The notes below the pieces were generated by a model, which had not been told where the DNA came from, made no database searches, and saw only the letters and a list, made by a program, of their open reading frames with translations. A stretch of 64,000 bases of DNA from an archaeon. GTDB taxonomy: Archaea; Asgardarchaeota; Thorarchaeia; Thorarchaeales; Thorarchaeaceae. The DNA lies in the NCBI GenBank assembly GCA_024276825.1, contig JAJRWI010000015.1, positions 1-64,000 on the forward strand, read 5' to 3'. The position numbers and the translations under genes were made by a program. Shown here piece after piece: positions 9,051-18,520 of this stretch (within the stretch, counting starts at the first letter, position 1; every line of letters begins with the position of its first letter).

Positions 9051-10978
9051 TGACTTTTCCATACAAGGGCTATGCTGGATACTACTTAGAGGTTGATCTA
9101 ACTAGTGGTAAGCTCCGCAAGAGAGAGATGGAGAACGAGTGGGTGCGGCTCTATCTGGGCGGCACGGGAGTGGCTGCAAGGATACTCTGGGACAGAACGA
9201 GCCCTGCGACTGACCCGCTGTCGCCAGACAACGTGCTGGTAGTAGGCACTGGGCCGCTCACGGGAGTGATGTTCTCACCATCAGGTCGTTTCATGTTTGC
9301 TTCAAAGAGCCCACTGACTGGAATATGGGGAGAGAGTCATAGCGGAGGATTCTTTGGTCCTGAGATGAAATACGCGGGCTTTGATTTTATAATCATACAC
9401 GGCAGGTCCCCGAAGCCCGTCTATCTGTTTCTCAGAGATGGGGAGGCAGAGTTGCGAGATGCATCTCACCTATGGGGTCGCGAAACCCACGAAACCACAG
9501 ACATTATCAGGGAGGAGCTTCGCGACCCGTCGATAGAAGTCTCGGCCATTGGCCCCGCGGGGGAGAACCAAGTCCTCTATGGATGCATCACGGTTGACTA
9601 TTACAGGGCGGCAGGCAGGACTGGAATGGGTGCGGTAATGGGCTCTAAGAACCTGAAGGCAATTGCCGCTAGTGGGTCTCTACCGCTCGAGGCCCACGAC
9701 ATGGATGCTTATCTTGAGGCTAATCAGAGAGAGATGGAAAGGAATCATGCTGAGATATGGAAGGACTTCCTGTTATCTTTGAAGAAGTATGGTACAACAG
9801 ACCTTGTGGCAATGATCAATGAGATTGGGCGTCTGCCAACAAAAAACCACTGGACAGGGTATTTTGAGAAGGCAGAGGATATTGGTCCAGAGGTGATAGC
9901 TGCCAAGTACAGAATAGCGCAGGAGGCATGTCATGGATGTTCCATTGGCTGCAAATATATTTACAGGGTGATGGATGGAGAGTTTGCAGGCGGTCCAGCT
10001 GGAGGCCCCGAATATGAGACACTAATGGCCTTTGGTTCCAACTGTCTGAATAACAACATCGAGTCAATATTGCATCTGGGCACAAGATGCGATCTTTTGG
10101 GTATGGACACAATATCATGCGGGAAGACAATTGGATTTGCTATGGAACTCTGGGAGAAGGGTATCCTCACCGCCAAAGACACAGGGGGCATAGATCTCAG
10201 TTGGGGCAATGTGGAATCGATGGTTCAGCTCGTTGAGATGATTGCCAAACGTGAGGGCATTGGAAACCTTCTTGCAAATGGTGTGAAGAAGGCAGCTGAA
10301 CAGCTTGGTGGAGATGCGTGGATGTACGCAGTACATTGTAAGGGGCTTGAGGCCTCTGGACAGGACCCAAGGGCACATCAGTCAGTCGGACTCACATATG
10401 CAACTAATGTCAGAGGAGCTGATCACCTCAGATGCCTCTCAAGCCTTGAAGAACTCGGGTTCCCTGAGATTGCTATCAGTCGCTCTGGTGAGGACAAGGC
10501 TGAGGCAATCATGAACATCATGTCACCACAGTATAAGGGAGAACTGATCAAGGACATTGAAGATCTGTATGCACTTGTGGACTCAGCAGTCATCTGCAAG
10601 TACGGGACAATGTGGCCACCAATTTATTACTTTGACACCTTTGAGAATGTCATAGCACCACTCACTGGCATGACAGAATGGTCAGACAAAAGGTTTGTCA
10701 GACAGGCAGCAGAGAGAATCAGCCATTTGAGAAGAGCGTATAATCACAGACTCGGTATAACGCGCAAGGATGAAACACTCCCAAGAAGGCTACTCAAGGA
10801 GCCCATGCCAACGGGGCCCTCAAAGGGAGGACTGCCAGACCTTGATGTGATGCTTGATGAGTATTATGACTATAGAGGCTGTTCTCGTGAGACCGGTCTG
10901 CCAAAGAGGGAGGTCCTAATCGAGCTCGGACTTGATTATGTTGCTGATGATCTTGGGCGCAGAAACATGCTAGCCTGA
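9050..10978 (+). CDS. Tungsten aldehyde:ferredoxin oxidoreductase family protein
   Basis: KSPLTG, GAVMGSKNLKA, CHGCSIGC, EYET, DLLGMDTIS motifs. Confidence 0.92.
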   Translation: MTFPYKGYAGYYLEVDLTSGKLRKREMENEWVRLYLGGTGVAARILWDRTSPATDPLSPDNVLVVGTGPLTGVMFSPSGRFMFASKSPLTGIWGESHSGGFFGPEMKYAGFDFIIIHGRSPKPVYLFLRDGEAELRDASHLWGRETHETTDIIREELRDPSIEVSAIGPAGENQVLYGCITVDYYRAAGRTGMGAVMGSKNLKAIAASGSLPLEAHDMDAYLEANQREMERNHAEIWKDFLLSLKKYGTTDLVAMINEIGRLPTKNHWTGYFEKAEDIGPEVIAAKYRIAQEACHGCSIGCKYIYRVMDGEFAGGPAGGPEYETLMAFGSNCLNNNIESILHLGTRCDLLGMDTISCGKTIGFAMELWEKGILTAKDTGGIDLSWGNVESMVQLVEMIAKREGIGNLLANGVKKAAEQLGGDAWMYAVHCKGLEASGQDPRAHQSVGLTYATNVRGADHLRCLSSLEELGFPEIAISRSGEDKAEAIMNIMSPQYKGELIKDIEDLYALVDSAVICKYGTMWPPIYYFDTFENVIAPLTGMTEWSDKRFVRQAAERISHLRRAYNHRLGITRKDETLPRRLLKEPMPTGPSKGGLPDLDVMLDEYYDYRGCSRETGLPKREVLIELGLDYVADDLGRRNMLA

Positions 10979-11202
10979 GTCCGACTATCAATCGAAGTGA
11001 TCATAATTATTTCAATCATCGTTCACATTAGTCTGAGTCAGTAAGAGTTTGAGACATATCAATGATCAGGTCACTGCAGTAAATGATCCTTTAACAATGA
11101 TTTCAAGATTCAATGCAAGTTAAAGAACTTGAAAAGTGAATGAAAAATCACAGATTACGGTATTTTTATACTAATTCGACTATTCAGTATTGAGGACTTG
11201 TC

Positions 11203-11874
11203 ATGAGCGATCGCATTGAGTATGATGCAAAGTGGGCATACTGGATTGATCCAAGATCGTTCAGAATGCGACGAGTAAAGGGGAGTGTGCCTATTGGTAC
11301 AATAGTACTGTTAAAGAAACAAGAATCTCTTGATGATGGCCGGCGAATCGTCACAACCACCTATTTGTTTGCCACTGAAGATGGAGTGATCCCCAGTACG
11401 AAACGAGAGGTCAGCAAGAATCTATCAAGACAGATGTTAGAGTATATGCGAAATAGGGGAGAATATCCTCCATTTACCGAGATATCAAAAGTCTTCGCGA
11501 ATGGAAATGTAGACCTGTTGTATCATCCAACTGGTTATGACAGGTTCACAGTGCGACTGACTCCTGATCTTGTCGGCGAGGATGTTGAGATGTTCCTGAG
11601 TCAGCTTACTGAACCTGAGATTGAGGAGAAGGAACCGCCATGGGTGATTGAACCCGCCAAGTCGAGTAGGGCCAGATGCAGAAGTTGTGGTGAGAAGATA
11701 GTAAAGGGCGAACTTCGACTGGGGGAACCGAGCATTTACGAGGGGCATGTGACCTACCGTTGGCATCATCTCAAGTGTGGAGTCTACAAGATCAGGGGAT
11801 CAAAGCCCACAGATCTCAAAGGATACGATAGTCTCACTGAAGAACAAAAGCATGAAACAGAACAAATTCTCTGA
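11203..11874 (+). CDS. PARP-type zinc-finger domain protein
   Basis: C-terminal EPAKSSRARCRSC...KGELRLG...WHHLKC matches the zf-PARP pattern. N-terminal domain not recognised. Confidence 0.75.
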   Translation: MSDRIEYDAKWAYWIDPRSFRMRRVKGSVPIGTIVLLKKQESLDDGRRIVTTTYLFATEDGVIPSTKREVSKNLSRQMLEYMRNRGEYPPFTEISKVFANGNVDLLYHPTGYDRFTVRLTPDLVGEDVEMFLSQLTEPEIEEKEPPWVIEPAKSSRARCRSCGEKIVKGELRLGEPSIYEGHVTYRWHHLKCGVYKIRGSKPTDLKGYDSLTEEQKHETEQIL

Positions 11875-11956
11875 CAGATGAAGTCATATTATGATTCTGT
11901 ATTTCAGTCAGTATATTAATATCTGCACCTTCTGAATAATTCAGTAAGCGAATATA

Positions 11957-12986
11957 TTGAAGCTCATAAATCGAGAGAATGAGATGAGAGAGTTAAGGAG
12001 AGTGAAGAGCCGCTCCAAGAGAAAACTGTTTGTGATTGCATTATATGGAATGAGAAGGGTTGCGCGTAGGTGCGTAGAGCTTGACAAAGTTGGACACCAA
12101 TCAAAAGAACATCTAAGAGATCCACCATGAAATTGTGAGAAGTTTAAATGGTCTCATCGAAAACAATGGTCTGAAATGTGTCCACTGCCGTTTCTAGAAG
12201 GACAGGACTATTATGTCCCAGATTGTCCAATTTACAATGAACGATAAAGGAGCGGATGAGATACTCGAGTTTCTGTTGTTCAATGTGAACGCGCCCTTGG
12301 AGGATGAGGTCAACAGCATTCTTGCACAGGAATTCGGAAATAGTAGGGGATTATATTATTCGATTCCAAAAGCAATTGCGCAGGGAAAGAACACATTATC
12401 ATCAACAGCAGGATCATTGAATATTAGTCCCACATCAATAACTCGTCAGGTCAAAGAACTGAAGGATTATTCTGAACTGATAGAGGGGGAAAGGCCATAT
12501 GAGGGAAAACGGGGAATTTATCGCATAGTTCATCCTCTAATGGAGTGCTGGTTTTCAGAAATCCATTCACACTATTCAGATTATATAGCTAGGAGACCTG
12601 ATTTCATAGACAAGTTGAGATCAAATTTGAACACATATTATGGGAGAGCATTTGAGAGGATAGCTAGGGAGTTCTTGATTGAGAAGTTGAATCTAATTGA
12701 GGCCAAAAGGCAATGGGGCAAAATCAAGGGCGCTGAGAGAGGAGAGGACACATATGAGATTGGCCTTATCGGAAAAGGCAAGAGAGAAAAAACTGTGTTT
12801 GAGTTCAAGTGGACTGGTCTGACAGCAGCCGCAACTGAGAGAATATTATACAAACTAAGGCAAGAACTGGCATATATGAGAAATCCACCAAATGATGCAA
12901 AGCTTGGAGTAGTAGCTAGGAAAATAGATGACAAAGAGTTCTTGAGAGATGCCGGGTTTGTGGTGCATGACATGGAGGACTTTTGA
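11957..12986 (+). pseudogene. Archaeal ATPase (AAA ATPase + wHTH + DUF234/PD-(D/E)xK), broken by element copy 2 with internal deletion
   Basis: 11957-12062 encodes LKLINRENE...IALYGMRRV, stopping just before the Walker A GKT. After the element only the C-terminal half remains (GRAFERIARE, EIGLIG...FEFKW). Confidence 0.8.
12063..12243 (+). mobile_element. ~182-bp dispersed element, copy 2
   Basis: By hand count about 84% identical to copy 3 and 77% to copy 1, with a single 1-bp gap. Interrupts the ATPase gene. Confidence 0.8.
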
Positions 12987-13030
12987 TATTATGAGTAATT
13001 CTTATGTTGGAACACCCACATTCCAAGAAC

Positions 13031-14125
13031 ATGGCAGATATTTCAGTAGAGTTTGCAGGACTCTCGTTCAGAAACCCGGTACTGACAGCAGCAGGGCCCA
13101 TGGCCAGAAACGGTGCCACATTGCTTGAGGCTGCCAAGAACGGCGTGGGGGGGTTGGTCGCTAAGACAGTGAGTGTAAGACCAGCTGAAGTACCTAAACC
13201 AAACATGGCGGCCATTCAGAAAGGACGAGTAGGATCCCGGAGAGGAATTCTGAATGCTGAACTATGGAGCGAGTTACCTATAGAGAGATGGTTGGACAGA
13301 GAATATTCAATTGCTCTTGAGTCCGGGCTCACACTCATTGCGAGTCTGGGATACAAACCTGAAGAAGTGGCTGAGATAGCACCCAAAATTGAGAGAGCAG
13401 GCGTTCATGCATTGGAGTTCAGCACCCATTATGTTGGGGGACATGTGGAGATTGCAAAGGTATTGAGAGAGTCAGTGGACATTCCCATATTCGCGAAACT
13501 CAGTCCAAAGATAGATGTGGCAGAGGTTGCCAAGTCTCTTGAGCCTTATGTGGATGGAATTGTGGGAATCAATACTTACGGACCTTGTCTGAGGATTGAT
13601 ATTGAAACCGGAAAGCCAATGTTGGGTAGTGAGTTCGGGCAGGGGTGGATGAGCGGCGCCGCCCTCAAACCAATAGCACTCAGGTGCATTGCAGACATTG
13701 CAATGGCTATTAGGAAGCCAGTCATAGCAGTAGGGGGTGTCACAGAGGGGGCTGATGCCATTGAGTTCATCATGGCTGGGGCCTTTGCTGTTGAAGTATG
13801 TACAGCTGCAATTCTAGAGGGACCATCGGTCTACGGCAAAATAGCTGGTGAGATTGAAGACTGGCTTGATGAACATGGTTATGATTCTGTTGAAGACATT
13901 CAGGGGATTGCCCTCAGGCACTTGCCAAAGCGAGTGGAGTTGAAGCAACCGCCAAGAGTTGATGATGATCTCTGCACATTATGTGGACTCTGTCCAAAAT
14001 CATGCGTCTATGAAGCAATCGAACTGAACAGAGAGAAAAAGCAATTAATCATTCATGGGGACAAATGCGAACGGTGTGGGCTCTGCATATCGGTTTGCCC
14101 ATATCATGCATTGAGTTCAGATTAA
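13031..14125 (+). CDS. Dihydroorotate/dihydropyrimidine dehydrogenase (PreA-like) FMN protein with C-terminal 2x[4Fe-4S]
   Basis: FRNPVLTAAGP, AKT, KLSP, INT, SGAALKP, GGV motifs and two CxxCxxCxxxC motifs. Probable start is ATG 13031. Confidence 0.8.
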   Translation: MADISVEFAGLSFRNPVLTAAGPMARNGATLLEAAKNGVGGLVAKTVSVRPAEVPKPNMAAIQKGRVGSRRGILNAELWSELPIERWLDREYSIALESGLTLIASLGYKPEEVAEIAPKIERAGVHALEFSTHYVGGHVEIAKVLRESVDIPIFAKLSPKIDVAEVAKSLEPYVDGIVGINTYGPCLRIDIETGKPMLGSEFGQGWMSGAALKPIALRCIADIAMAIRKPVIAVGGVTEGADAIEFIMAGAFAVEVCTAAILEGPSVYGKIAGEIEDWLDEHGYDSVEDIQGIALRHLPKRVELKQPPRVDDDLCTLCGLCPKSCVYEAIELNREKKQLIIHGDKCERCGLCISVCPYHALSSD

Positions 14126-15318
14126 ACAAAAAGAACATCATCAAGGCCTGTGGTCAGTCGTTTTGCCCGCCCCTTTCTGACTACAAAGTCATTCTCGATA
14201 CGTACACCACCAAATCCCTTGAGATACACTCCAGGTTCAATTGCCACCACATTACCCACTTCGAACCTTGCAGTTCGATCATACAGAGAGGGATGCTCGT
14301 GGACATTCAGTCCAATCCCATGACCCAAGCCATGGGTCATTCCCTCAACAGTTGAAGGGTTGAGTCGCGAGGAGTCAAATCCACGTTCTTTGAGGGTGTT
14401 ATAGCAAGCCATGTTGACATCAGCATCAATCAGTTGCCCAGCCCTCAATGCATCTGAAACACTTAGAACTGCGGCATGAACAGCATCAAACATTTCACGG
14501 ACCCTGTCGGGAACATGTCCCTTGACAACTGTTCTTGTGACATCGGCAACATATCGCTCATTCTTCAGTCTTGGAAAGACATCTATGATGATTGGAGATT
14601 CAGCCTTCAGCTTGTCTTTAGCTGCACCAAGATAATGCCAGTCGAACCCCTTCTTGCCAACTGCCACAATGGAGTCCTCTGCCGATTCTGCACCCATGTC
14701 CAGTAGATAGTGTTCGAGGGCATTCTTTATTCGAAAGACAGTCAGGGGCTTGTTATCAAGCATCAAGACCTTTTTCTCGCCAATGTCAGAGTCCTTTATC
14801 ATTTCCGCAATGTGTGAGACTGCATTAATTGTAGCAGATGCAGCCTTGTGAATCATTTTGACCTCGCGTGGTGACTTGGTTGCTCTTGCCTTCAAGAATA
14901 ATTTCGGAACAACTTTGATATTGACCCCCATCTCTTGGATTGCAATAAGAATGCGTGCTGGAAGATGGTCAGGCACGCCAAGGGTCTCTCCAGTAAACAG
15001 TTCTCTGAGAATAGTACCAAACTCAAGTTCTGGATGATCAAAGGAGCGTTTGCCCTCACGCATGAGCCCGCGATAGACCTCAGTGAGATCTAGGGTTTCT
15101 TTTACAAGGCTCTCTTTCTTGACACGCTCAACTGTGTTGAAGCCTGTTGCCACAACAACGTCTTCACCATGGTTCTTAAACACGGTAATGGAGTCGGGGG
15201 ATCTAAAACCCGTGAGCCAGTAGATATCTGGCACTTCGAAAGCATTGCCATACGCAATGATTGCATCAATTCCCTCTTGCTCCATTAGTCCATCCAAGTC
15301 ACTTAGCATGAGTAGCAC
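14122..15318 (-). CDS. Xaa-Pro aminopeptidase (M24)
   Basis: ADVTRT, HGLGHGIGLNVHE, EPGVY, GVRIEND. Confidence 0.92.
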   Translation of the reverse strand: MLLMLSDLDGLMEQEGIDAIIAYGNAFEVPDIYWLTGFRSPDSITVFKNHGEDVVVATGFNTVERVKKESLVKETLDLTEVYRGLMREGKRSFDHPELEFGTILRELFTGETLGVPDHLPARILIAIQEMGVNIKVVPKLFLKARATKSPREVKMIHKAASATINAVSHIAEMIKDSDIGEKKVLMLDNKPLTVFRIKNALEHYLLDMGAESAEDSIVAVGKKGFDWHYLGAAKDKLKAESPIIIDVFPRLKNERYVADVTRTVVKGHVPDRVREMFDAVHAAVLSVSDALRAGQLIDADVNMACYNTLKERGFDSSRLNPSTVEGMTHGLGHGIGLNVHEHPSLYDRTARFEVGNVVAIEPGVYLKGFGGVRIENDFVVRKGRAKRLTTGLDDVLFV

Positions 15319-15360
15319 CTGTTGATTGGAATTGTCTTCTTAATGCATGCTTAGTGCACA

Positions 15361-16275
15361 CTATAGAAACCTGTTCATTCTAGCAATCACGGCATTTCTA
15401 TTGGGAGGATTATAAGGGCCTATGGTTTCAAGATTGAAAGACGCACAAGTAGCTGCAAAGAGCCCTGCTTGCTTGAGATTGTTTGTCTTTGCATACTCCA
15501 ATAAGAAGCTCACTGAGTAAACATCACCACAACCAGTGTTGTCAATTATTTTATGAGGCTGCACTGCAGGAATTTCCACACGGTCTGATTGTGAATAGAT
15601 TGTGGACCCAAAATGCGCGCGGGTCACCAGCACAATATTAACGCCCATATCGATAAGAGTCATGACTGCTTCTTCTTCATTCACTTCAGTGAAAGCACTG
15701 CGTATCTCATTCTCATCGAACTTCATGATATCAATGTGTTGAATTATGTCAGGCAGTTCAGACCAATGTCGTGGAAGCACTTCAGTGCCCTTAATCTCCC
15801 GCAAGAAGCCCTGAGCGTCCAAAGAAACAAGATTGTCATCCCTTTTCATCTTGCGGAAAATGCTGGGGTCAATCTCGTTATTTGACAGAGGCGAAAAGTG
15901 AATTATCTCAGCTGCAAATGCTGAGTCGGGGAGGTCATCAATGCGAATTGGAGGTGCTAGTGCCTCAATATGTTGAGTACGCTTGCCTTGCGAGTCGTAT
16001 GTGTTGACAAATCGAGTGGACACAGGACCATCAACAACAAGACCATCAAGATTCAAATTGGACTTGGAAAGGTATGCAAGATATTCGGGTTCAAAGTCGT
16101 CACCAATCTTTGAAACAATGCCTGCGTTATGAACTCCTAGTTTTGGTGCTATCGTGGCATAAGCGGCCCCGCCTCCAAGTGTTTCTCGTGTTATTGTGGG
16201 CGTTATCAACAGGTCCCTACTGAGATGCCCGATGACCAAGATATCCATAACAGGTCTCCTCAATATGCTCATCAT
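15361..16275 (-). CDS. PfkB-family carbohydrate/nucleoside kinase
   Basis: LGGGAAY N-terminal motif and DNTGCGD signature. Confidence 0.9.
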   Translation of the reverse strand: MMSILRRPVMDILVIGHLSRDLLITPTITRETLGGGAAYATIAPKLGVHNAGIVSKIGDDFEPEYLAYLSKSNLNLDGLVVDGPVSTRFVNTYDSQGKRTQHIEALAPPIRIDDLPDSAFAAEIIHFSPLSNNEIDPSIFRKMKRDDNLVSLDAQGFLREIKGTEVLPRHWSELPDIIQHIDIMKFDENEIRSAFTEVNEEEAVMTLIDMGVNIVLVTRAHFGSTIYSQSDRVEIPAVQPHKIIDNTGCGDVYSVSFLLEYAKTNNLKQAGLFAATCASFNLETIGPYNPPNRNAVIARMNRFL

Positions 16276-16332
16276 GTATCAGACTGGAAATGTTAAATTC
16301 ATTACTGCACAATCAAAGTGGAGAGGATATCA

Positions 16333-16614
16333 ATGCCAAGGGTCACAGTGAAGTTCTTTGCAACTGTTCGAGAGGTCACAGGAGTCAGAAGCATAGAAAT
16401 TGATGCCGAAACCATTCGTGATGTTTTGGAGGATTTGAAAAGGAGATACGGTAAACAGTTTCTTGAAACAGTCATTGACCAGAACACTGGAGAACTTCGA
16501 AGGTTCTACTCATTTATGGTGAACGGAAAGCGAGTAGAGTTGTTAGACGGGTATGACACACGTCTGAGTGAGGGCGATTCGGTGGCACTGTTCCCACCAA
16601 TAGGGGGAGGATAG
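16333..16614 (+). CDS. moaD: MoaD/ThiS/SAMP ubiquitin-like sulfur carrier
   Basis: VKFFATVRE...FPPIGGG with C-terminal GG. Confidence 0.85.
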   Translation: MPRVTVKFFATVREVTGVRSIEIDAETIRDVLEDLKRRYGKQFLETVIDQNTGELRRFYSFMVNGKRVELLDGYDTRLSEGDSVALFPPIGGG

Positions 16615-16655
16615 AGCTGAGTAGTTCAGTCACTGCCAGTTGGAGAAAGCGTTCA

Positions 16656-18026
16656 ATGAGCCGACAGGTTGATCTAGTAATAATGAATGCAAGACTGCTT
16701 CTTGAGTCTGGTATTGTTCATGGAGGCCTAGGAGTCACTGATGGTAAGATTGTCTTGATAGCGACCGATGAACACCTTCCCCGAGCTGATAAGACCATTG
16801 ACGCTGGAGGAAAGATTGTAATGCCGGGCCTGATTGATGCCCATGCACACATCTATGACCCGGAGATGCCACAGCATGAGGACTTTGTTAGTGGGTCAAG
16901 AGCCGCTGCAGCAGGGGGAGTGACAACATTTGCAGACATGCCTCTTGTGAGCCATGTGATGTCTACTCAAAGTGTGAATGAGAAGCGAACCCGTGGTGAA
17001 AAGGACTCGGTGGTCGATTTTACTATCAACGCAGGAATGATTGATCCCAGCAACATCCATGTGATACCGCTGTTAATTCAAGAGGGCGTTGCTGCTATTA
17101 AGGCATTCACCTGCAGGCCCTTTGAAGCAAATAATGGCGTGCTTGTTCTTGCCTTGAGTGAGGTCTCAGAGCACGGGGGGCACGTGATTGTTCACTCTGA
17201 AGACCAGGGGGTCTTGGACGAGTTCGCAAAGGACTTTGAGGGGGAGTGGGATGCACCAGTAAGTCATGCACTATCAAGACCAGAGCTTGCAGAATATCTG
17301 GCAGTGAGTCAGATGATCCGAATAGCAGACCAGACTAAGGGCCATCTTCATATCGCGCATATCACCACCAAAAAGGCAGTTTCAGAGGTTGAGAAGGCCA
17401 AGTTGAGTGGCATTCTCGTGACCACAGAAGTCTGTCCACATCACCTGATGTTTCACAGGGATGAGATGAACAGGCTTGGCCCGAAGAGCAAGATGAATCC
17501 GCCCCTAAGATCAAAGCATGACAGGGCTGCTCTGTGGTCTGCCCTCTTGAGAGGATACATCGATATCACTGTGAGCGACCACGCCCCATGTCCAATAGAG
17601 AAGAAGACTGTGGGAGAGGGTGACATCAGGAAGGCCTGGTCAGGAGTGGATGGTATTCAGACGATTCTGCGGGTGCTTCTTTCCGAGGGGATAAACAAGG
17701 GGCGCTTAACATATCACAGGCTCCTAGAGGTGGCATCGAAGAACCCCGCTAGACTTCTTGGCCTATATCCTAAGAAGGGCTGTATAGGAATCGGTGCTGA
17801 TGCAGACCTTGTCATCATAGACCCAAAAAGGGAAGAGAAGATCACAAGTGATATGATGTTCTCGAAATGCGGGTGGACAATATATGAGGGAATGAGAATG
17901 AAAGGGGCCCCTGTCCAGACTCTTGTGAGAGGAGTATCTGTATTTGAGGCTGGAGAAATACAGATCAATCCGCCCCTTGGCAAGTTTCAGAAGATGGGAG
18001 GCGGGTTCTTACTTGGAGAGAATTAG
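16656..18026 (+). CDS. Cyclic amidohydrolase (allantoinase/dihydropyrimidinase/dihydroorotase family)
   Basis: DAHAH, AAAGGVTT, EVCPHHL, KMNPPLR, SDHAP. Confidence 0.88.
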   Translation: MSRQVDLVIMNARLLLESGIVHGGLGVTDGKIVLIATDEHLPRADKTIDAGGKIVMPGLIDAHAHIYDPEMPQHEDFVSGSRAAAAGGVTTFADMPLVSHVMSTQSVNEKRTRGEKDSVVDFTINAGMIDPSNIHVIPLLIQEGVAAIKAFTCRPFEANNGVLVLALSEVSEHGGHVIVHSEDQGVLDEFAKDFEGEWDAPVSHALSRPELAEYLAVSQMIRIADQTKGHLHIAHITTKKAVSEVEKAKLSGILVTTEVCPHHLMFHRDEMNRLGPKSKMNPPLRSKHDRAALWSALLRGYIDITVSDHAPCPIEKKTVGEGDIRKAWSGVDGIQTILRVLLSEGINKGRLTYHRLLEVASKNPARLLGLYPKKGCIGIGADADLVIIDPKREEKITSDMMFSKCGWTIYEGMRMKGAPVQTLVRGVSVFEAGEIQINPPLGKFQKMGGGFLLGEN

Positions 18027-18028
18027 CC

Positions 18029-18520
18029 ATGAGTCAGCTACATTTCGTAATTGGTGACCCTGAGGTGTGTACAGGATGCATGATTTGTGTTACTGTCTGC
18101 AGTATGCATTTCTACAAAGTGATAAGTCCGGAGCGGTCTCGAACCCGCGTAGTGCGACTTGATAACGGGCTGGATTTTCCGCTGTTCTGTAGAAACTGTG
18201 AGGATGCACAGTGTATTCCCGCGTGTCCAAACGGTGCGATATCAAGGACATCGAAGGGGACTGTTATTGTCAACAATGCAAAGTGCAATGGTACAGGAGC
18301 TTGTGTTGAAGCATGTCCATACTTTGCAGTTCACATCCACCCTGACACTAGAAAAGCAATCAAGTGCATTCAATGTGGCGAGTGTGTGAGACGATGTCCT
18401 GCGGATGCAATATGGATCACAACTGTTGATGAACTGACCGAACGTGACCCCAAGGGCAAGATTCTAGGACTTCATGAGGAGTATAGTGAGGAACTCTATG
18501 GAGAGGAGGCCAGAAGATGA
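18029..18520 (+). CDS. 4Fe-4S dicluster ferredoxin-like subunit (AOR partner)
   Basis: Multiple Cys clusters; overlaps the AOR start (ATGA). Confidence 0.88.
   Translation: MSQLHFVIGDPEVCTGCMICVTVCSMHFYKVISPERSRTRVVRLDNGLDFPLFCRNCEDAQCIPACPNGAISRTSKGTVIVNNAKCNGTGACVEACPYFAVHIHPDTRKAIKCIQCGECVRRCPADAIWITTVDELTERDPKGKILGLHEEYSEELYGEEARR

Noticed and set aside
12213-12243. ORF-track start MSQIVQFTMN, and ORFs 4063..4299 and 25836..26030
   Set aside because: These start in or run through the repeat element and are not conserved as ORFs among the copies.
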